64,000 nucleotides of DNA, taken from positions 1,612,001-1,676,000 of the forward strand of contig NEEC01000015.1 in NCBI GenBank assembly GCA_002189035.1, read 5' to 3'. The stretch comes from Utricularia gibba (Eukaryota > Plantae > Magnoliophyta). The notes beneath the pieces are model-generated. The model searched no databases. It was not told the origin of the DNA and worked only from the letters and a program-made list of their open reading frames with translations. Made by a program: the position numbers and the translations under genes. Shown piece by piece: positions 24,997 through 39,836 of the stretch (position 1 is its first letter; every line of letters starts with the position of its first letter).

Positions 24997-25749
24997 GGGG
25001 GAACAGATTGCTATCCTTGGTCTATCCGTTCAGATTCTAAATGTTGGCGTAGCGGATGTTCGCCGGGAGAGGGAACAAGCAGAACTGCACAGGTATCACC
25101 GTAATACCGCCGTTCACGGCGGCCGCCACCACGGAGAAATATCTGTGGATGAACGGATACAGTTGACAGGCTAATCTCCTCCTGCCGGGTGCTATATATA
25201 TATATAGAATCTGAAGTTGAGGGGCGACGTGTTCGAATTCTAATGAGCCTTACCGATGTGTATCTGGGTAAGCTCTCCTCCTTGAAGTTGGCAACCCATC
25301 AACAAAAGGTCACTTAGCTGCCCACACTCGGGTTTATCGGGTTTCAGCGAGGTTGCGTCTGGGCAACCACTGGCCATAGTTCGGTACTTCTTTTTGGGTT
25401 ATTTAGTGTCAGCTGAAGCCGGAGACGGTGTCAGACTTTTCATTGAAACAAGCTCTGAAGGAAGTGTCAGGCAAACACTGAATCACCCCATCAACCGGTG
25501 AACAATAAAAATTATAAGATGAAAAAGGACATCACATTAGCATTAGCATACTCCAAAAGTCCAATGAATTCACAAGCATTTGGCTCTGATAACAAAGATC
25601 ATTCTTGCATCCCCTAAATCAATCACTTTCATTTTCTCCGTTTCCTCATAATGAAGGTACACAAAATAATCATCCACTCCAATGGAGGGAAAAGAATGAG
25701 CTTATGTTCAGTAGATATTATTGATTCTTAGGGTCATCCCTCCAGGAGA

Positions 25750-27706
25750 TCACTTGGACTTGGCATCAGTTTGATAGTAGACAACATTGCCGTGGTCACT
25801 GACATAGTGATCTTTGCTCATGCTTTTCAGGAGAACCCCGAGCAAGTGAAATGGAAATGGCCCTGATTTCTGAGGCTCCCTGTAATATTGTCCGAGTACT
25901 GGCTTAGCTGCTTCTGTCTGCACAGTCAAACATCAGCGCTCATCAATAGAATGATATATAACAGAGGCTACTTTACTTAAGATTGTGTACTCACAGCTTC
26001 TGTTAAATGATAGTGTGGAATTTGGGGAAACAGGTGATGAATCACATGAGTCCCAATGTCATGGTGGATGTTGTTTATCCATCCGTAATCACGATCGAGT
26101 GTTGTAAGCCCCCCTCTCAGGTAATTCCATTCCTGTCCAATACAAGTTCTTTCTTGTGAGTAATTAGTACTCTGGGGAAGAGTTGCAAGAGTGATAGGCT
26201 CTCTTGGATTTTTGATTCTACCTGTCCACGATACCAAGGAAGTTTGTCCTCATGGCCATGGTGATGCAAGTAGGTAACTGCATCGAGCCATATGACAAAA
26301 CCCTGCAGATAAATACCAATTCAGAGACTTGATCAGAAAATTTAGGAGTTGCCGAGGAGGTTCGACTAAGTAGGCTGAAGCATCTGAATGAATTATGTTG
26401 ACTATTTAATACCATGTAGGGTACACCGTAGAGCTTGAGCAACTGCATTGGACCAATGATGAATGACAACCCTACAAGCAGCAATGCCATGGCTGACCAA
26501 CAAGCAGTTGAGGTAATAACATCGTTCCTTTCACTGGGGGTGAACAAGTCACTGTCTGGATGGAAATGAGAGCCTTGCTTTCCAGGACTCCTACCCACTG
26601 GCATCAGTACAGAGTACAGGAGGAGGAATGAGTTTCACATTAAAACAGATAGAGCTGTTTTGATTGCAATTATCTGATGGATTTTGATAGTTTGTATCGA
26701 ACAAAGCAGCTTACCAGATAAATGGGGTATGCTAACATGGGAAAGGGCAGTGTGAACCTCAAAATCCTGGTAATTGTATCCAAACTCTTGTACATCTTCT
26801 CGGTCAGCTGGCATTGAATGAGGCAAGTCATAAACCTAAACACAATTGGGAAAAAGAAGTTCCTTGTAGCAGTAGAGCACAAGAAAATGGTTGAAACACT
26901 CACTGGGTGCCATGATTCGTCATTTTCCACATGCCCATGATTCTGGTGATGAGTCCTGTGGCTGATCCTCCTGGATGACAACAGGAATCTCTGAGTAAGA
27001 TTCATCATAGTTATACAATGTGGGTTAATTAGATATACGCGTACATACCATCCATGATAGGGAACCAATATAGAGGAATGAAGCAGATGACCGACAACAC
27101 TATTCAACTTAGGATCACTAGAAAAGCTACCATGTCCACTGCACAAACAAGAACATCTTTGAAAATCCAAAGCTTTAATAGGGGAGAAAAAAATCCAAAG
27201 TTCGAATCAGTGAATAGAAAGTACCAATCATGGCCGAGCACAAACAGAGCCCAAAACATAGTACCCTGAGCAAACCAATATAAAGGCCAAACAAGCCAGT
27301 TGTTGAGATATGCAGCAGCTGCCGCCAACCCAAAGACCGCCACCACATCTCTAACCACATAGCTCATTGACCTCCATGGATCCTTGACCCAACAATGCTT
27401 GGGAATGGCTGCTCTCACATCAGCCAGCCTGAATGGGGGTGGTGCCCCAGGGTCAAAATCGGAGCCCCCATTTTGAATATCCACATTTTGATTCCCCTCT
27501 TCATGAACGACTTCTTCTATCCTGAATGGAGCACTAACATTCAAAGCCCATTTCGTATCTTTGCAGGGGATTCTCGTGTAGCTTCTTGGAAGACTCAGTT
27601 TTGAGTGGATTGGATTGAACAACAGTTGTGGTTGAGGTGCTCCTGGTTTGGGATAGGTTCTGGGAAGTGGCCTCAAACCAGAGTTTGAAAGGACCCATGA
27701 GGCCAT
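25750..27706 (-). CDS. FAD7: Plastidial omega-3 fatty acid desaturase (FAD7/FAD8)
   Basis: MASWVLS start, His boxes HDCGH, HRTHH and HVIHH, eight exons with canonical boundaries. Confidence 0.95.
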
Positions 27707-27857
27707 CTCAGAACAACGCACCCACAAATTGAGACCTTGCCCAACCCAAGCGAAGGAGAAATTATGTGGACTGAAGAGAAGGATATGCGAAAGATTGGGG
27801 GGTTTTATAAGGTGGGTAAGAGAAGAAGATAACACGGAGAGAGATTCTCTCCCTCAA

Positions 27858-27887
27858 GTAGTGGTGGTGGTCGTGGTGGTGGTGGCT
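27858..27887. repeat. Imperfect (GTG)n microsatellite upstream of FAD7
   Basis: gtagtggtggtggtcgtggtggtggtggct. Confidence 0.7.
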
Positions 27888-30301
27888 ATTTCACGGTCAC
27901 TCGTGCCCCAATTGAACTCCTTTTCCTTCCCCCTCGGTATGGACGCCACATCAGAATCAAGGCTACTCCACGAGATCTCTAGGGCGTGAGACCACGCGTC
28001 GAACCTCCACATGCAATTTTACTCCTTTAAAGCAGTTACAGAAAAGTAGTCTTCACACCGGCGGCCGCCACTACTCCCACCTTCAACAATTCCGGCAAAA
28101 ACTCCACGAAAGCGTCCTTTTTATTTGCCTAAAACAAGCCAATGAACACGAATGGACTCAAACAGCACAAACGTGAAAGTTAAGGGGCCAAAACCCATTT
28201 CATAAAAGTTTTGATGACATCAACATGTTTTGCAATTTGAATTTGAGACTATAATTTCTTTATTAAAAAAAAAAGGTATTATTTATTTTTTTAATCTGAA
28301 GAAATTCATGAAAAAAAGTTTTCATGTACTATTTATTGTATGTTCTCCAACCAAAAAAATGTGATTTTGTACCCAAATGCTGGAACTCAAAAGTCGCCTT
28401 GACTTTTATAAAAAGTATATTTTCCTTTAAAAAAAAGTAGAATTAATATATTGTATTATGTACTCGCCAATTTTGAATAGGAAGAAAGAGGTAAAGTTAT
28501 CTCAAAATTGGCCCCCATTATGTTAAAGACCAAAAGATATGTCTACCATTTTAGGTCCTACTGGTTTATGCTTATAGAAACCTAATGCAATTTTGTTTTT
28601 TTAGAATATAGTTCGTTTATATTTGATAGTAAAATTATTTTATATTATTGAGTTTGGAAACCAATTCAATTTTTCGTAAAATCAATTTTTCTTTTTATAT
28701 AATTAATTTCAGTTTTCAAATATATATCAAATTATATTTATACGATGATAGATTTAAAAGAATTACCTGAATTCTATTAGAAGTATGAGATTCTAGATTC
28801 TATGTGAAAAGTTAATTTACAATTATATTCATTCTTTTATAAATAATTATAATTAATGTCATTTAAAATTATTAAAATAATTTTAATTTTTTATTATGAT
28901 TTTAATATAAATATATTTAAATTAAAATAATCTATACAATATAGTTATTAGTAAATATAAATAAATAAATTATTTACTTATAAAAATTAATTTTATTGGT
29001 TTACATGTGTAAATGTTAATTAATTCTTTAATAATCATTAATACATTTATCTCTGTTAATGTTTTTTTAAAACATAAATCATTTACATTTAATAAAAAAT
29101 TATTTTTTAAACCTTTTTTCAAACGTATATGTTATTTCAAACAGATCCTTACTAAAACATCTATTTGTTGATGTGTGTTGGGTGCATCCATGAGAAACAC
29201 ATGTAGTAATACATAGATAAACAACAACTATATATGATTTTGGCGTTGACTTGAAATCCATGTGACCAAAAAATGGAGTCAACTCATCGCGTTGAGTTGG
29301 CGCCGTTTTCACTTATTGAATTCGCACTCGAAGTCTTCGATGGCCACATTTAGGGCTTTTGTTGGGTATTGATTATTCAAAAATGATTACTACTTTAGGC
29401 CAATATTTCTTTGGTGGGTGCGTCTGGTAGTTCCAATAGTAAGTAAAACGTGGTACTATAAAATAAAATATACTTTGTCAACATGATCAAGAATGATGGG
29501 AGGATTAAATTAAAATATTTTAAAATAATTAGTTAATAATAAATTTAATTTACTTAAAATTTAAATAAATGTTATTTATTTAATTATTTTTAATTATTTG
29601 GATTAGAAATGAAATTAAATGATTTTAAGTAACATAAATATGGATGTGGTTTTAAATAAATTCATGTTTATAAAATTAAAAAAATTAATGTTATTTCTGA
29701 TTTATTTAAATTTATTAACTTAATATTTTATAATTTATAATATTAACTTCAAACATATGTAATTCCATAAATCAAAGGCATCAAACCAAATACACCTTAA
29801 AGATTTCTACTGTACTCCTTAAAAGAATATAATGTTTTGTTTGAAGCCATTTATTTTATAAAATTATTTCAAAAATAATTTTTATTATAAAAATTATAAA
29901 TTTAAAAACATTTTTCGTAAAATCAATATGTTTTCGCCAATTTGCAGATTCGATACCAAGAAGGTATTGAAAAAAACACAACCGGACGACCGTATGTATT
30001 TCTCACATTATTTAATGCTATTCAGAATAAATGTTTACAATTTCTTTTTTTTTGTTTTTTTTTTGTTGCCAGGTATAATCCCATCCTTGGGTTTTCTTCC
30101 AGTAGCCACGCCACGGGATAAGATTTTTAGAACTTGGGGCGTATGCCATATCCACTGCGGAATCCTCCAACTTCATCCCAATTTGAGCTTGCTGAATCCT
30201 GTAACGTCGCCCCAATTTGAGCTCGAACCTTCGATTTCGGCACATCACCATACGTAGTCTCGGTAAAGAAGAATCCGTAGAGCTGTTTGCTTCTTGCTGA
30301 G

Positions 30302-33300
30302 ATGAGTTCGTCAACAACTTTTGGCGGGAGCCTTGTTATTGGCTTGTCGCGTTGTAATTCTTGTAGCCATATTTTTTACACTTACCCAGGGATTCGGAAT
30401 TGGAAGTTCCGCTACAACCAATTTTTGAGGTGCTCATGCATGTATTTATACTCTTTATCTGTGTTTGCTGTGGAGAAGGATGCGATGCAATTGAAGTTTG
30501 ATTTTTCCATAGGGCCGTCGATAGAAAGGATTTGCGGGTTTTTTGCAAACTGAGCGAGGCGAAGAATGAAACTGGGGGTGGGAATGGGGAGGTACTTGAC
30601 TAAAGTTGTTTGCTTGTGCGTTACATTTTATTTTGTGGAATCCCTTTTTTTTTTAATGATATTCTTGTAATGCGGGTGGATTTTCATTTTGAAGGAAATA
30701 AAATCGAAAGAAGAAGAGCAGGGTTCTGCATCTGATGATTCATTGTTTCAAAATCGAGTGGAGGATCCCCAGACTGTCGTCAGTTTCCATTTCCATTTGT
30801 TTCTTTGTTATGCTGTAGTGCTGCTCCATTTAAAATCACAGTAAAGTACAACTGTTTTTTCATCAGGCTGAAAGTCAGGTTGCTGTGTCTGTGACGGACA
30901 ATAGTAATGGCCCTGTAAACAATGTCACAGATGAAAAAGATACTGAACAGGAAAAAAAGGAGGTGATTGGAATGTATTCGATCATAATTTTAAACCTTGC
31001 GTTATTTTTTTTTCTCTATAATGCTGTGTTTATTGTGGATGCTAGCTCGGCCACTCCCTCTGTTTTTTTATCCTGTCAGAGTATATGATCTGAAAAACTG
31101 CTGTTCGTTTCTTCTTTATTTGCAGTCGCAAATTTTCCCTGTTTTTATTGTATCTAGTTGAGTGTATGTTACTTCTAGCCATGCTACAGATAACATTTCT
31201 CTGACTACAATTCCTTTTTCCTAAACGTTGTGTACAGAATGTTGAGGTTGTTCAAGTTGCAAGTGGATCACCCCTCCCAGGTGTGAAGGTGATCATTATG
31301 TAAAATCAAATTAGAAGGTTGTTTAGTCCTATCCATCCCTCTTTTTCTTGCCTGATCATCCGTTCTCTCGACTGAGCAGAGACAGGACTTTGATGAATCA
31401 GTCAGGATTCCAAAGGAAACGACTGACATTCTAAGAGATCAAGTTTTTGGTTTTGACACATTCTTTGTTACCAGTCAAGAACCATATGAGGTGTGTTAAG
31501 CTAGATAATGACGTACTAACGCATGGTTTCATGATCCTCTGATTGGAGTTTCTTGCAGGGAGGTATTTTGTTCAAGGGGAACCTACGTGGTCAGGCTAGC
31601 AAAAGCTATGAGAAAATAGTTCGGAGAATGGAGGTTTGTTTTACTGCATCTGTAATTTTATTTTTCTGAGAAGTTTCTTCACATTTTTATGCTTTTCAAA
31701 TATTGATGTGCAGGACAGGTTTGGAGGTTTATATAAATTATTTCTCCTGATTAATCCAGAAGATGACAAACCTGTAGCAGTTGTAGTTCCTTCGAAGACC
31801 ATGCAGCCAGATACTGCAGGTAGCTTTTGCCCTTTGTTGTGCTTTTTTAGCATACAAGGATTTATTTTTACAAAAAAAAAAAATGAAGATGTCTATGACT
31901 AATATATTGCTAAACTTTCTCCTGCATTGTTTGGGAAACACAGCCGTTCCACAATGGTTTGCAGCTGGTGCTTTTGGACTGGTTACGATATTTACATTAC
32001 TTCTCCGTAACGTTCCTGCACTACAAGCCAATATTTTGTGAGTGATCATTTCTGACAATTGATAACCGTTCTGTTATTAAATCATTTCACTTATGTTTTC
32101 CCTCTTGTCAATGTAAATGCTTACATGTATCTGTCTTCTCCAGATCAGTTTTTGATAATATAGAGTTGCTACAAAATGGCCTCTCTGGAGCTTTTGCAAC
32201 TTCACTTGTTTTGATTGCACACGAAATTGGCCATCTTCTAGTTGCAAAAGAGAGCGGAATTAAGCTTGGCGTGCCGTATTTTGTTCCTAGTTGGCAGGTA
32301 AATGTTTCACCTTTCAGCTCTGTATTGAGTATCCTCTCTTGCTGAATAATTCCATGACTCGAAAGGCTTCTTGAGAAAAAAAAAAAAAAAAAAACGAACA
32401 AAGTTTTAGTACCATACCTTGTCATGCAATATTTATAATTCATTGCATTTAGTGGAAAGCTCATGTTTTTTGACAACTCCATTAACTTAAACCCGTAGTA
32501 TGAGTGGTAAAAATACATAAAATATGAACCAAATGTGTTTCATGTGGCAGATAGGATCATTTGGCGCAATAACAAGGATTCTGAATATTGTACCAAATCG
32601 TAAGGATATGCTAAAATTCGCAGCAGCTGGTCCCCTAGCTGGGTTTGCAGTGGGTTTCACCCTTCTACTTCTTGGATTTATCCTGCCTCCGTCGGATGAG
32701 CTAGGTCTTGTTCTGGAGCCTTCAGTGTTTCATGAATCCCTTCTAGTTGGAGGAGTTGGTAATTATTTAGCTCTTCATCTTAAATTTTTAACACAAAACA
32801 TCTGTTTGCTTGATCAATTATCATTTCTGCTGCAAGTAAACTGCAAGTTTCTTTCTTGGCACAGCAAAACTGATCCTTGGAGATGCACTCAAGGAAGGGA
32901 CACCTTTGTCAATAAACCCATTGGTTTTATGGGCGTGGGCTGGACTTCTGATCAATGCCATCAATACCATCCCTGCAGGGGAGCTTGATGGTGGTCGGAT
33001 CTCTTTCGCTCTATGGGGAAGAAAGGTACCCTCAAAGCCACCCTTTTTCACGAGAATCCCCACTGATCATCCCACACACATAGGAAAAGAGCTCATGATG
33101 TGCCTCTGTCTCCACCAGGTAGCCTCCCGCCTCACCGCCGGATCGATCGGACTTCTGGGGCTGTCGGCATTGTTCAACGACGTTGCGTTCTATTGGGGGG
33201 TCCTGATATGGTTCTTGCAGAGAGGGCCTATCGCACCACTGTCGGAGGAGATCACAGAGCCGGAAGATGGCTACAAGGCACTTGGGATTCTGGTTTTGGT

Positions 33301-33373
33301 GCTGGGGCTCCTGGTGTTCTTGCCTTTTCCATTTCCCTTCGCCTCCACCACTGAGGCCATCCCCAGCTTCTGA
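30302..33373 (+). CDS. EGY2: Chloroplast S2P-like zinc metalloprotease EGY2
   Basis: VASGSPLPGVK, QVFGFDTFFVTSQEPYEGG, intact HEIGH, AAAGPLAG, IPAGELDGGRI and FLQRGPIAPLSEEIT. Confidence 0.93.
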
Positions 33374-33643
33374 TTCCAGTCACAATTTTTGTCTCTCAAG
33401 CTCTCAACCACAGCGTGCTATGTATAGATTCTTCTTTTCACAATCATATGCATCTACTTCAGGTTAATGCTCCTATTTATTATCCCTTCTTTTCATTTTT
33501 TTTTATTATTTTTAATAAATATTATTCATATTTAATAACAAAAATATTTTTAAACTAAAAATGATTTCAAAGTATTTATTTTTTCAGCCCCATAACTCAT
33601 CAAGAAAATAAAGGGTAACACCCCCATTTCTTGCGACAAGAGC

Positions 33644-33793
33644 TGGGCTTAAAAGTGCATTGTTTAATGGGCCTCTTCGTCTCGGGTAAAGATCCGCCCC
33701 ATTTGGATTTGGATATCTATATATACACATAAACAAAGTGTTCTCGTCTTCATCGCTGTTTTTGTGTTCGCTTTAAATAACTGACAAACCCTA
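33644..33793 (+). promoter_or_regulatory. Site II (TGGGCY) x2 plus telo-box in the eIF3f promoter
   Basis: TGGGCT 33644, TGGGCC 33668 and AAACCCTA 33786. This module is typical of plant translation-machinery promoters. Confidence 0.7.
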
Positions 33794-33823
33794 GAAACCT
33801 TGCACGCCGGCGACACAACCAAG

Positions 33824-36010
33824 ATGAGTTCCGGCGAGCAAACAGTGCTGCAATTCGTTACATCGCCGACGAGCGTGGTGGCTAGGGTTCATCCGCTCGT
33901 CGTATTCAATATCTGCGATTCTTACGTGAGGAGGCCAGATCAAGCGGGGCGTATCATCGGGACGCTGCTCGGATCAGTCCTTCCTGATGGAACAGTGGAC
34001 ATTCGAAACTCCTACGCGGTTCCTCACAATGAATCATTGGACCAGGTGATTCCGGATGTTACTACTCGCCCTTCAGTCCTGTATTTCTGTTTTGGCTTCG
34101 AACTGGATAGGGTACTTCTACAATAAAAATAATAAATAATTTCTATTGAGAAAGTTCTGCGGGAGATTATTATGTTTGATGGGTCATAATGCAGCAGCGG
34201 ATAACGTTTTTGGCTCCAACAGACCCCGGGCGAGTACTTCCTCTGTCGTGTGTTTACTTTTTGTTCGTTGTGTCAGGTTGCGTTGGATATCGATTATCAT
34301 CAGAATATGCTTTCATCCCATCAGAAGGTTAACCCGAAGGAGGTCATTGTCGGATGGTAACGCCATTTTTTCAGTGTTCAATAATATTTCTGTCTTTATT
34401 TTTTTTCCTGTAAATGGTGATTCGAGGTATGTATTATGTGAAACTTCAGATGTTTGACTATGCTGCACCTTGCTGTATACCTTCATCATATGACTCCGCC
34501 TTTTGTTGTTTCAACTGTGGAAGACATGTATGTTTCCCTTCTTGAGTATATAAGAGTAGAAACTTTACGTTCTGGAATTTGTATCCTTATGTGGCATTTA
34601 TGCACGAACAAAACAAATTCGTTGATAATGCTTCTTTTATTTGCAAGGGTATCTGAACTATTTTCATTCGTCTGAAAAATTAATTAGGAGATTCCTAAAA
34701 AGCGTTTAGAAACATGTGACCTACTTTGAGCAATAAATTTGTCCTGATTGCGATTAATCTTTTGTTTTTTTTTTGAAGGTTTTCAACTGGTGGAGTGACA
34801 GGTGGAAGTACTTTAATACATGAGTTCTACTCCAGAGAAATTTCAAACCCTATCCATTTGACTGTTGATACGGAATTCAAGAGTGGTGGTGCTTCAGTTA
34901 AGGCATATGTCAGTGTAAATCTTTCTCTTGGTGATCAGCAACTTGCAACTCAATTTCAGGAAGTCCCATTGGATCTATGCATGGTTGAGGTGGAGAAGAT
35001 TGGATGTACGTGTGGTTTCCTGTTCATATATATGTATGCTATGGTTGGCACACATTTTATAAGAGTTCATTTTCCGCATTTTATGAAAGTAGTTTAATGC
35101 AGATTTAGTTCTTAAGAATCCAACATCAGCCTTGTGAAAAAATATTTCTTTTGGTTGTTGCATGCTCAGTGTCCAGTCAGCAACAGTCATGAATATGCAC
35201 AACACTGCTCCAAATACTCTCTGCTTTATTAACCAGTGGATGACAAAGTGATGCAGTGTATTTCTATTGATGGGGTCATGTTTCATTTGATGCTATTCTT
35301 AAGCTCTGTGCTTAAAAGTTAATGAGCTTCATGTTGATATCTACAGTTGATGTTATCAAGCCTACAAATGTTGACAAGCTTCCAAGCGATGTTGAAGGAA
35401 TGGAAGCATCAATGAAGCGCTTGCTTGCTCTTATTGATGACATTTACAGATACACAGATGATGTTGTGGTGAGACATTTTAGATGAGATTCTCCAGTTTC
35501 ATTCTATTATTCTTCAATCACTTCAAGTTTGCATGTTCTCCATGCAGGAGGGGCGAGTTGCTCCGGACAATAAAATTGGAAGGTTTATAGCTGATACCGT
35601 AGCATCCCTACCAAAGCTATCTCCCCATGCGTTTGACAAGCTTATCAATGATAATCTACAGGTATGCTTATTCAAACAATCTATAACAATCACATATATT
35701 TTTCCGGGCTCCAGTACACGAGCTATTTCTTTTGCAACCTAGAGAGTGGATCATAATCTAGTTTTTTTCATCATTTTATTTTGAAGAAATCGGATTCATA
35801 GCGTTACCAGTTCTTCATACATATGGATGATTTTTTTGTATTAGGCTTAGTGTTTCATCTTATGAAAGCCACCAACCATTCTTCCTCTGGTTTCATTTTG
35901 AAATGCTTTTGTTCCGGCAGGATCAACTTTTGCTACTCTATTTGTCTGGCATTACACGGACACAACTCACCCTGGCTGAGAAGTTGAACACAGCTGCCCA
36001 GATCCTGTAG
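33824..36010 (+). CDS. EIF3F: Eukaryotic translation initiation factor 3 subunit F
   Basis: ARVHPLVVFNICDSYVRRPDQ, VALDIDYHQNM, NPKEVIVGW and end TQLTLAEKLNTAAQIL*. Confidence 0.95.
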
Positions 36011-36593
36011 TAAGTAGCACAACTCTTTTGCCCGCTTGCTTTCTTCCTCGGATGCTTCATCTGTACCCTGTGTGTAGAATGACAATGATTCACATTCTCA
36101 CTTCTGAGTCGCGATATGTGAAATTTAAGCATTGTTTTTAGAGATTTCTTTTCCTCATCAGACATACCAAGTATTTTTCCCATGTTTAGCTGACATCATA
36201 TCACACAATAAATCATTGCCAAAATGAACAAAAAATCGAAACCAACAGCACTCAAAACAATGTCTGCTGGCTAAGCTCTGTTGAATCAGCATTCGGGTTG
36301 ATGAAGGTGAAGCACTAGCAGTTTGTGTTACAAAATTGATGAGCTCGTCTTTCGCATACCACCAGCCTCCAGTGAGTATTCAGTCATATAAAAGAAACAG
36401 GGGGTAGAAGATGACATGCAAAAGTAGGAGCAAAACTACCTACATGGGGTCAGCTGTCCACCCTTCTAATCCAGAGCTTTGAGATACTTGACTTTTGGCT
36501 ACTTTTATGCATCAAAAATAGATTGCAAACGGTTTGAAGCAACCTCAGACTACTCTGTAGACATGTCAAATGCCTTCACTATGGTTACCACTG

Positions 36594-39500
36594 CTATGTC
36601 TTTCGCCTAACAACAGCAAGAGGGTTTCCAAGTTTGGGTCATCCCTGTACTTGATCCATGTAGCATCGAACTGTTGTCTTTGGGACCTGTGGGATGCAGG
36701 ACAACAGCAGGTCTAGAAGAACATCGGAAAAAACAGAGAAATGTGATACTGGAAAAATGTGTTCATCTCACATCTTTAACAGGTTTAGTGCTCTAAAGAC
36801 CAGTGCTCTTATATTTTCACGATCAGATTTCAGAGCGGCGTGCTTATAGACAACAACAAGCTCATCAATGAACCTAAAAGACCAGAATAAAAAAGGAATG
36901 TTTAGATACTCAATAAAGTGTTCAATAAGAAGTTTTATTTTGTGCCATTAGCAAGAGGATACACACCCTCGTGCATGGACACAACGCACCGAAATCTCTT
37001 TCAACTATTTCATTAGAGAACCTTATCACACCAATGTCACAACCACGCATGACTTTCAGACAAACAAGTAGAGCTGAACAGAACTTCATAGAGCAACAAC
37101 CAAGAGAGCATCAATGAGAAAAGGCATTCTCGAAAACAAAGACAAATCTTATCCAGCATGAGTTGCACGGTGTTAGCCAAAACAATTCCAGAGCAGCAAA
37201 GTTAGGCCTTTTCACACTTTTAGGTCTAAGATCAACAGGATTATGATGCCTATGATAGAGAATACGCTAGGAACACCATAAAATATTCTGTTTAGACGCT
37301 GCTTGAACTATTTAAGATGGAAAGTAATTAAATGAACACCTTTCAATAAAAGGAGAAGTCCTCATCCATGTGAGCCTTAGGATAGCTATTGCCCTCTCTA
37401 GAACCTAAGATGCCCATAAAAAGAACCAACATCATGTTTTAAATATTGACAAGAACATGAAATTAAACGCACAAGATGATGAATAAAAACATAGACATGA
37501 AGTAATCATATCAACGGCCTAACAAATACAGTCAAACTCACAGTTTGCGTGTAATAACCTGGAAACCCATCATATTGAAAAAGCGTTACACTTTACAAGT
37601 TCAATGAAAACAGAATGCCATATTGAAAGGCGTGATTAACTACTATGAATGGAGTAAAATAATTCTGCTAAAGGATATAATGGATGGGAAATTGGATTAC
37701 CAGCAACACTGTTGCATCATCATCAGCATGCATCCACTTGAAGAAAAGAGGGAAGATTCTTCTATAATGAGCTAGTACTGTAAGACCGAGACCATTGAAC
37801 AGTTGTTCACAATGCATCAGCCAAGCAATGCGCCGTTTCTTGTTTCCTGGCTGTCTTTCCAAATGGTTTAACATTTCACTCACCAGCTTATCATACCTAG
37901 CACAAGGCAGAAGAAAAATAAATAAAAAACCAGAGAGAATATTCTACGCACTGTCATCCTAGATATTCAAAATTAGCTGAGAAAATATCGCACACTACCA
38001 TTGACTACGAGGATTATTTTTCTGGGTCAATGTGAGGATAAGAACTGACATCTCCACAACATAGGGCCATATCTCGTCATCAGCGGCAATATTATGGCAG
38101 CAAGCATCAAGAATTACATCTCCAAACCCACCAACATCTGCTTCTTTTACGTTCTTTGCCAAACGTATAAAGCTTATCATTCCTTGATCCTGAAGGAATA
38201 AACAGGAAAAGCTCAACATAAAATTGTTGCATTATCGAAGAGATCAATATGAAAGAAAAATGAGAAGACATAGAAAACGTAAAGTGGGCAATATTGATGC
38301 AATACTGAAAATGGAAGTGATTACACACATAATTAACAGAACCGCGTATCCTTCAAATATTTACTCCCCCCTGTCGAGGTTCAAAATTCCCATATGAAGG
38401 AAACAGTAAAATTTTCCCTTCATCAACGATGATTAATATACTAACAAAATATGGATTATCATAGTGGACCATTTCAGAAAAGGTTACAATACAGCGAGAT
38501 CTACGCATGTTCACAACAAAGAAAAAAAAGAGAATGATCTGCGTATGCAATAACGTGCTGACCTCCAAATATGGATTCTCATACTGATATCCATCGCAGA
38601 ACAGGTTATCATAAAAAATATATTCTCAGAGTGGCCTAAGCATGCAACGATGTGCTAACTTCCAAAAACAGTTTCCAAAAAAAAATCAAATGGGATGATT
38701 CAAAGCACTGAGACCCTCTGGGAACTGAAATAAATACTGATCAAATAGTGTGAAATATGACTCACTCGAGCACACCAGGTTACTTCAAATTCAGCACACT
38801 TTGTCAAATCACAAGGGAACATCGAAGGGATATGACAGATAAATAAAGAAGAACCAGAAAATAACTTACTTTGACTTGAGGAGACCAGTGATCAAGAGCT
38901 GTCAAAGCACATGGAATCACCAAAGGGCACAACTGTCCTATGAATGGCGCATCTACCTATGATAAGCACTGGTTATATAAATTGCAAATGTAATAAAAAT
39001 AATTTGGCCAAAAAGGAAGCCCTGCTTCTCATGCACCAACCTGAGTAACTAACCATCTGAACTGACAAGCAGCCAAAATTGCATAAGCCACTGGAACACC
39101 AGCACTAGCTGCAGACGTTTCATGGCCTTCTTCGTTCACATCTGCCGAACTCTCCTTAATGCTAGCTTTCAACAAAGTTACAATTTCCGGAAATAGATTG
39201 ATAAGCAGCTTCTTCTCGATCTCAACTTCATCACTCAAATCCAATTCCAATTCCAGTCCGCTCACTCTAATCGAGCCGTTGGTGGGCAAATAATGTTCAC
39301 ACCATATTCCAGCAAATTCCTTGAGAGCGTTAATCGCAAGACGCGACAGCGAATCGGGTATCCACAAAAGATGCTGGGTAGTAGTTTCCGAAGCCGATGC
39401 TAATGCAGCACACAACAAAACGAAGTCCTTGACTTTACCAGAGATATTTGTTTCTGAAATCAAAGGATCTGGGAGGAGAGATTGGAGATGGGATTTAATG

Positions 39501-39711
39501 GAAACACGAGAACAGGCCTGTGGCAGAGAGTAGGGAGTTGCGGCAAGAGACTCCTTGATCGGTTCACCTAATCTGCAAAGTTGCAATCAAGAAATGAAGG
39601 ATGGAAGCGGAGGGTGAGGGTGGGCGTCAGAGAAATAGTCAAGTGAAATTACCGCACAAGGTTCTTCATAAGCGAGGAGGAGGGAGAGGAAATCGGCATT
39701 GCAGATGGCAT
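36594..39711 (-). CDS. ARM-repeat protein, At2g39910/Tti2-like
   Basis: RLGEPIKESL, QFRWLVTQV, CALTALDHWSPQVK, LAHYRRIFPLFFKWMHADDD and KYRDDPNL. Exon phases are consistent. Confidence 0.82.
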
Positions 39712-39836
39712 GAGGTACCTTCTCTAGCTGCTCCGGGATGGTGAATCTGCGTCTGAAACTAGGAATTCGAATCTCCAATATAAAAATATATATACATCAG
39801 TTTCCCGCATTCCTTTTTACATGCAATTTCTTGCAG

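Noticed and set aside
25193-25480. (TA)n followed by a moderately GC-rich stretch with a 45-codon minus-strand ORF (MASGCPD...)
   Set aside because: No homology and no tRNA/snRNA boxes; consistent with the NARA5 promoter and FAD7 3' flank.
29948-30095. Spliced peptide ...GRPYNPILG resembling the oxysterol-binding protein motif
   Set aside because: Only 7 residues match and the flanks do not align; treated as coincidence.
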